Part shown: positions 61,732 through 64,000 of the stretch, one piece after another
Position numbering within the stretch: the stretch's first letter is position 1
Layout: each line of letters opens with the position of its first letter
Assembly (NCBI RefSeq): GCF_044704955.1
Contig: NC_091997.1
Coordinates: forward strand, 67,580,001-67,644,000
Length of the DNA: 64,000 bases
Direction of reading: 5' to 3'
Source of the DNA: Pristiophorus japonicus
Taxonomy: Eukaryota
Translations under genes and position numbers: made by a program
The notes under the pieces: generated by a model
Seen by the model: only the letters and a program-made list of their open reading frames with translations
The model's database searches: none
What the model was told of the DNA's origin: nothing

Positions 61732-63390
61732 GCGGGTCGGGCAGCATCTGTGGAGAGAAAGAGAGAGAGAAACATAAGAACTAGGAGCAGGAGTAGGCCA
61801 TACAGCCCCTCGAGCCTGCTCCGCCATTTAATAAGATCATGGCTGATCCGATCATGGACTCAGCTCCACTTCCCTGCCCGACCCCTTATCGGTTAAGAAA
61901 CTGTCTATTTCTGTCTTAAATTTATTCAATGTCCCAGTTTCCACAGCTCTCCGAGGCAGCGGATTTCACAGATTTACAACCCTCAGGGAAGAAATTTCTC
62001 CTCATCTCAGTTTTAAATGGGCGGCCCCTTATTCTAAGATCATGCCCCCTAGTTCCCGTCTCCCCCATCAGTGGAAACATCCTCTCTGCATCCACCTTGT
62101 CAAGCGAGAGTGAACGTTTCAGGTCGAATCTTCATCAGAACTGGAAAAAGTTTAGCGACGTAACCAGTTTTTAAGCAAGTGTCGGGGTTTGAGGGGAAAT
62201 GTCTTCACCCAGAGGGTGGTGGGGGTCTGGAACTCACTGCCTGAAAGGGTGGTAGAGGCAGAAACCCTCACCGCATTTAAAATTACCTGGATGTGTACTT
62301 GAAGTGCCGTAACCCACAGGGCTACGGACCGAGAGCTGGAAAGTGGGATTAGGCTGGGTAGCTCTTGGTCGGCCAGCACGGACACGATGGGCCGAATGTA
62401 AATGTCGGCAGAGAAACTGAGTTAACGTTTCAGGTCGGTGACCCTTCATCCGGATTGGAAAAAGGTTAGAGAAGTAACAGGTTTTTAAGCAAGTGTAGGG
62501 GCAGGGAAAGGTTGGGGAGGGGAGGATAGAACAAAAGGGAAGGTCTGTGATTGGGTGGAAGGCAGGAGAGATTAGAGAGACTACGGGGATGATGATGTGA
62601 GGCGAAAGGAGATGGTAACGATACAAGTTAAGAACAGGCGATGGCAATGGGGTAAGTTAAAGAACAGGAGATGGTAATGGGACAAGTTAAGGAACAGGAA
62701 ATGGTATTGGGACAAGTTAAGGAACAGGAGGTGGTAATGGGACAAGTTAAGGAACAGGAAATGGTAATGGGACAAGTTAAGGAACAGGAGGTGGTAATGG
62801 GACAAGTTAAGGAACAGGAGATGGTAATGGGACAAGTTAAGGAACAGGAGGTGGTAATGGGACAAGTTAAGGAACAGGAGGTGGTAATGGGACAAGTTAA
62901 GGAACAGGAGGTGGTAATGGGACAAGTTAAGGAACAGGAGGTGGTAATGGGGCAACTTAAGGAACAGGAGGTGGTAATGGGACAAGTTAAGGAACAGGAG
63001 ATGGTAATGGGACAAGTTAAGGAACAGGCAATGGTAATGGGACAAAATATGTGATTGAAATGGCAGAATCCTAAAGCTGCCAGGTCAGGAAAAACAAATA
63101 GGGGCAGAGGTTAATGCCCGACATTGTTGAACTCGATGTTGAGTCTCTGCTGCCTCTCACCCGATCACAGACCTTCTCGTTTGTTATATCCTCCCCTGTC
63201 CCCTTTCCCTGCCCCGACACTTGCTCAAAAACCTGTTCCATCTGGAACTATTCTAGTTGTGACGAAGGGTCATCGACCTGAAAGGTTAACTCTGTTTCTC
63301 TCTCCCTCCACAGATGCTGCCTGACCCGCTGAGTATTTCCAGCACTATGTCTTAATTTCAGATTTCCAGCATCCGCAGTACTTTGCTTTT
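61732..63390. mobile_element. Nested Penelope-like pieces in inverted arrangement, interrupted by CR1 ends (61772-62104 -, 62188-62398 +) and containing a 30-bp array (62611-63045)
   Basis: Homology to 46888-47210; degenerate hammerhead boxes; unit atggtaatgggacaagttaaggaacaggag. Confidence 0.7.
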
Positions 63391-63534
63391 TGTATGAGTT
63401 TGTGCTGTTAGAATGTAAGAATTTGCTGAAGTTTTAAAATTAATCACCTCCCCTTTTGGCTTGTGCCTTGGGCCAAAAGTGCGTTGCATTTATCGAACGA
63501 TTCCTCTGGCTGTCAACTGGTGATGAAGATAGAA

Positions 63535-63975
63535 AGAACTTCTGTTTATACGGCACCTCCCAAAGCACTTCACATTCACAGTCAATATATTAATAGCCAT
63601 TAGTTATGTAGGTGAACGTAGCAGGTATTTTGTGCACAGAAAGAGCACTCCCGCAGCAGAATGAAGGGCCATTTAATCTGTTTTGGCCGCACTGACTGAG
63701 GGATGAATTGTTGGCTCAGACACGAGGAGAACGCTCCACTCTCCTTCGAAAATAAAAGCGACAATGGAATTTTTTTTTAAACATCCACCCGAGAAGGTAC
63801 ACGGCGCCGTGGTTTGACTCGTCTGAAAGACGGCACCTCCAGCACTGCGGCACTCCCTCGGTAGTGCACTGGGGCGTCGGCCTAGCTTAACGTGCTGAGT
63901 CCTGGAGTGTGCCTCGAACCCACAACCTTTCGACTCCGAGGTGGGCCTGCTACTCACTGAGCCACAGCTGACACC
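63535..63975 (-). mobile_element. Old, diverged DeuSINE-like element with a single unit
   Basis: Recognisable head (cactgagccacagctgacac), one unit at about 63835-63870, degraded core and tail. Confidence 0.75.
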
Positions 63976-64000
63976 TGTTGGGGTCAGCAGTCTCATAGGG

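Noticed and set aside
62581-63054. Repetitive ORFs (VMGQVKEQE)n and (LSHYHLLFLN)n
   Set aside because: They arise from the 30-bp tandem array inside a Penelope-like fragment.

Overview
Vertebrate genomic DNA, most likely from a cartilaginous fish (shark), inferred from the repeat families. Almost the whole window (1-61374) is one very long, repeat-dense intron of an insulin-receptor-family gene on the + strand. The only host exon is a 304-bp cysteine-rich (furin-like) exon at 61375-61678. It is equivalent to exon 3 of INSR/IGF1R/INSRR and is closest to INSRR. The intron holds about 20 copies of a tRNA-headed DeuSINE-like element, each with its own 1-27-copy array of one 33-bp unit, plus L2, CR1, RTE and Penelope-like fragments and several minisatellites. 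Nearly all long ORFs in the track are artefacts of these repeats. The main findings are: (1) an intronless, doubly frameshifted COX6A retrocopy (19824-20114), not recognisable from the ORF track, inside a 1.32-kb CR1-tailed insert flanked by a 10-bp duplication that splits a SINE; (2) a minimal hammerhead ribozyme motif in a Penelope-like element (46968-47009, minus strand); (3) repeated birth of minisatellites inside several different retroelement families. Repeat boundaries were estimated by eye, and family names come from recognition, not database searches.
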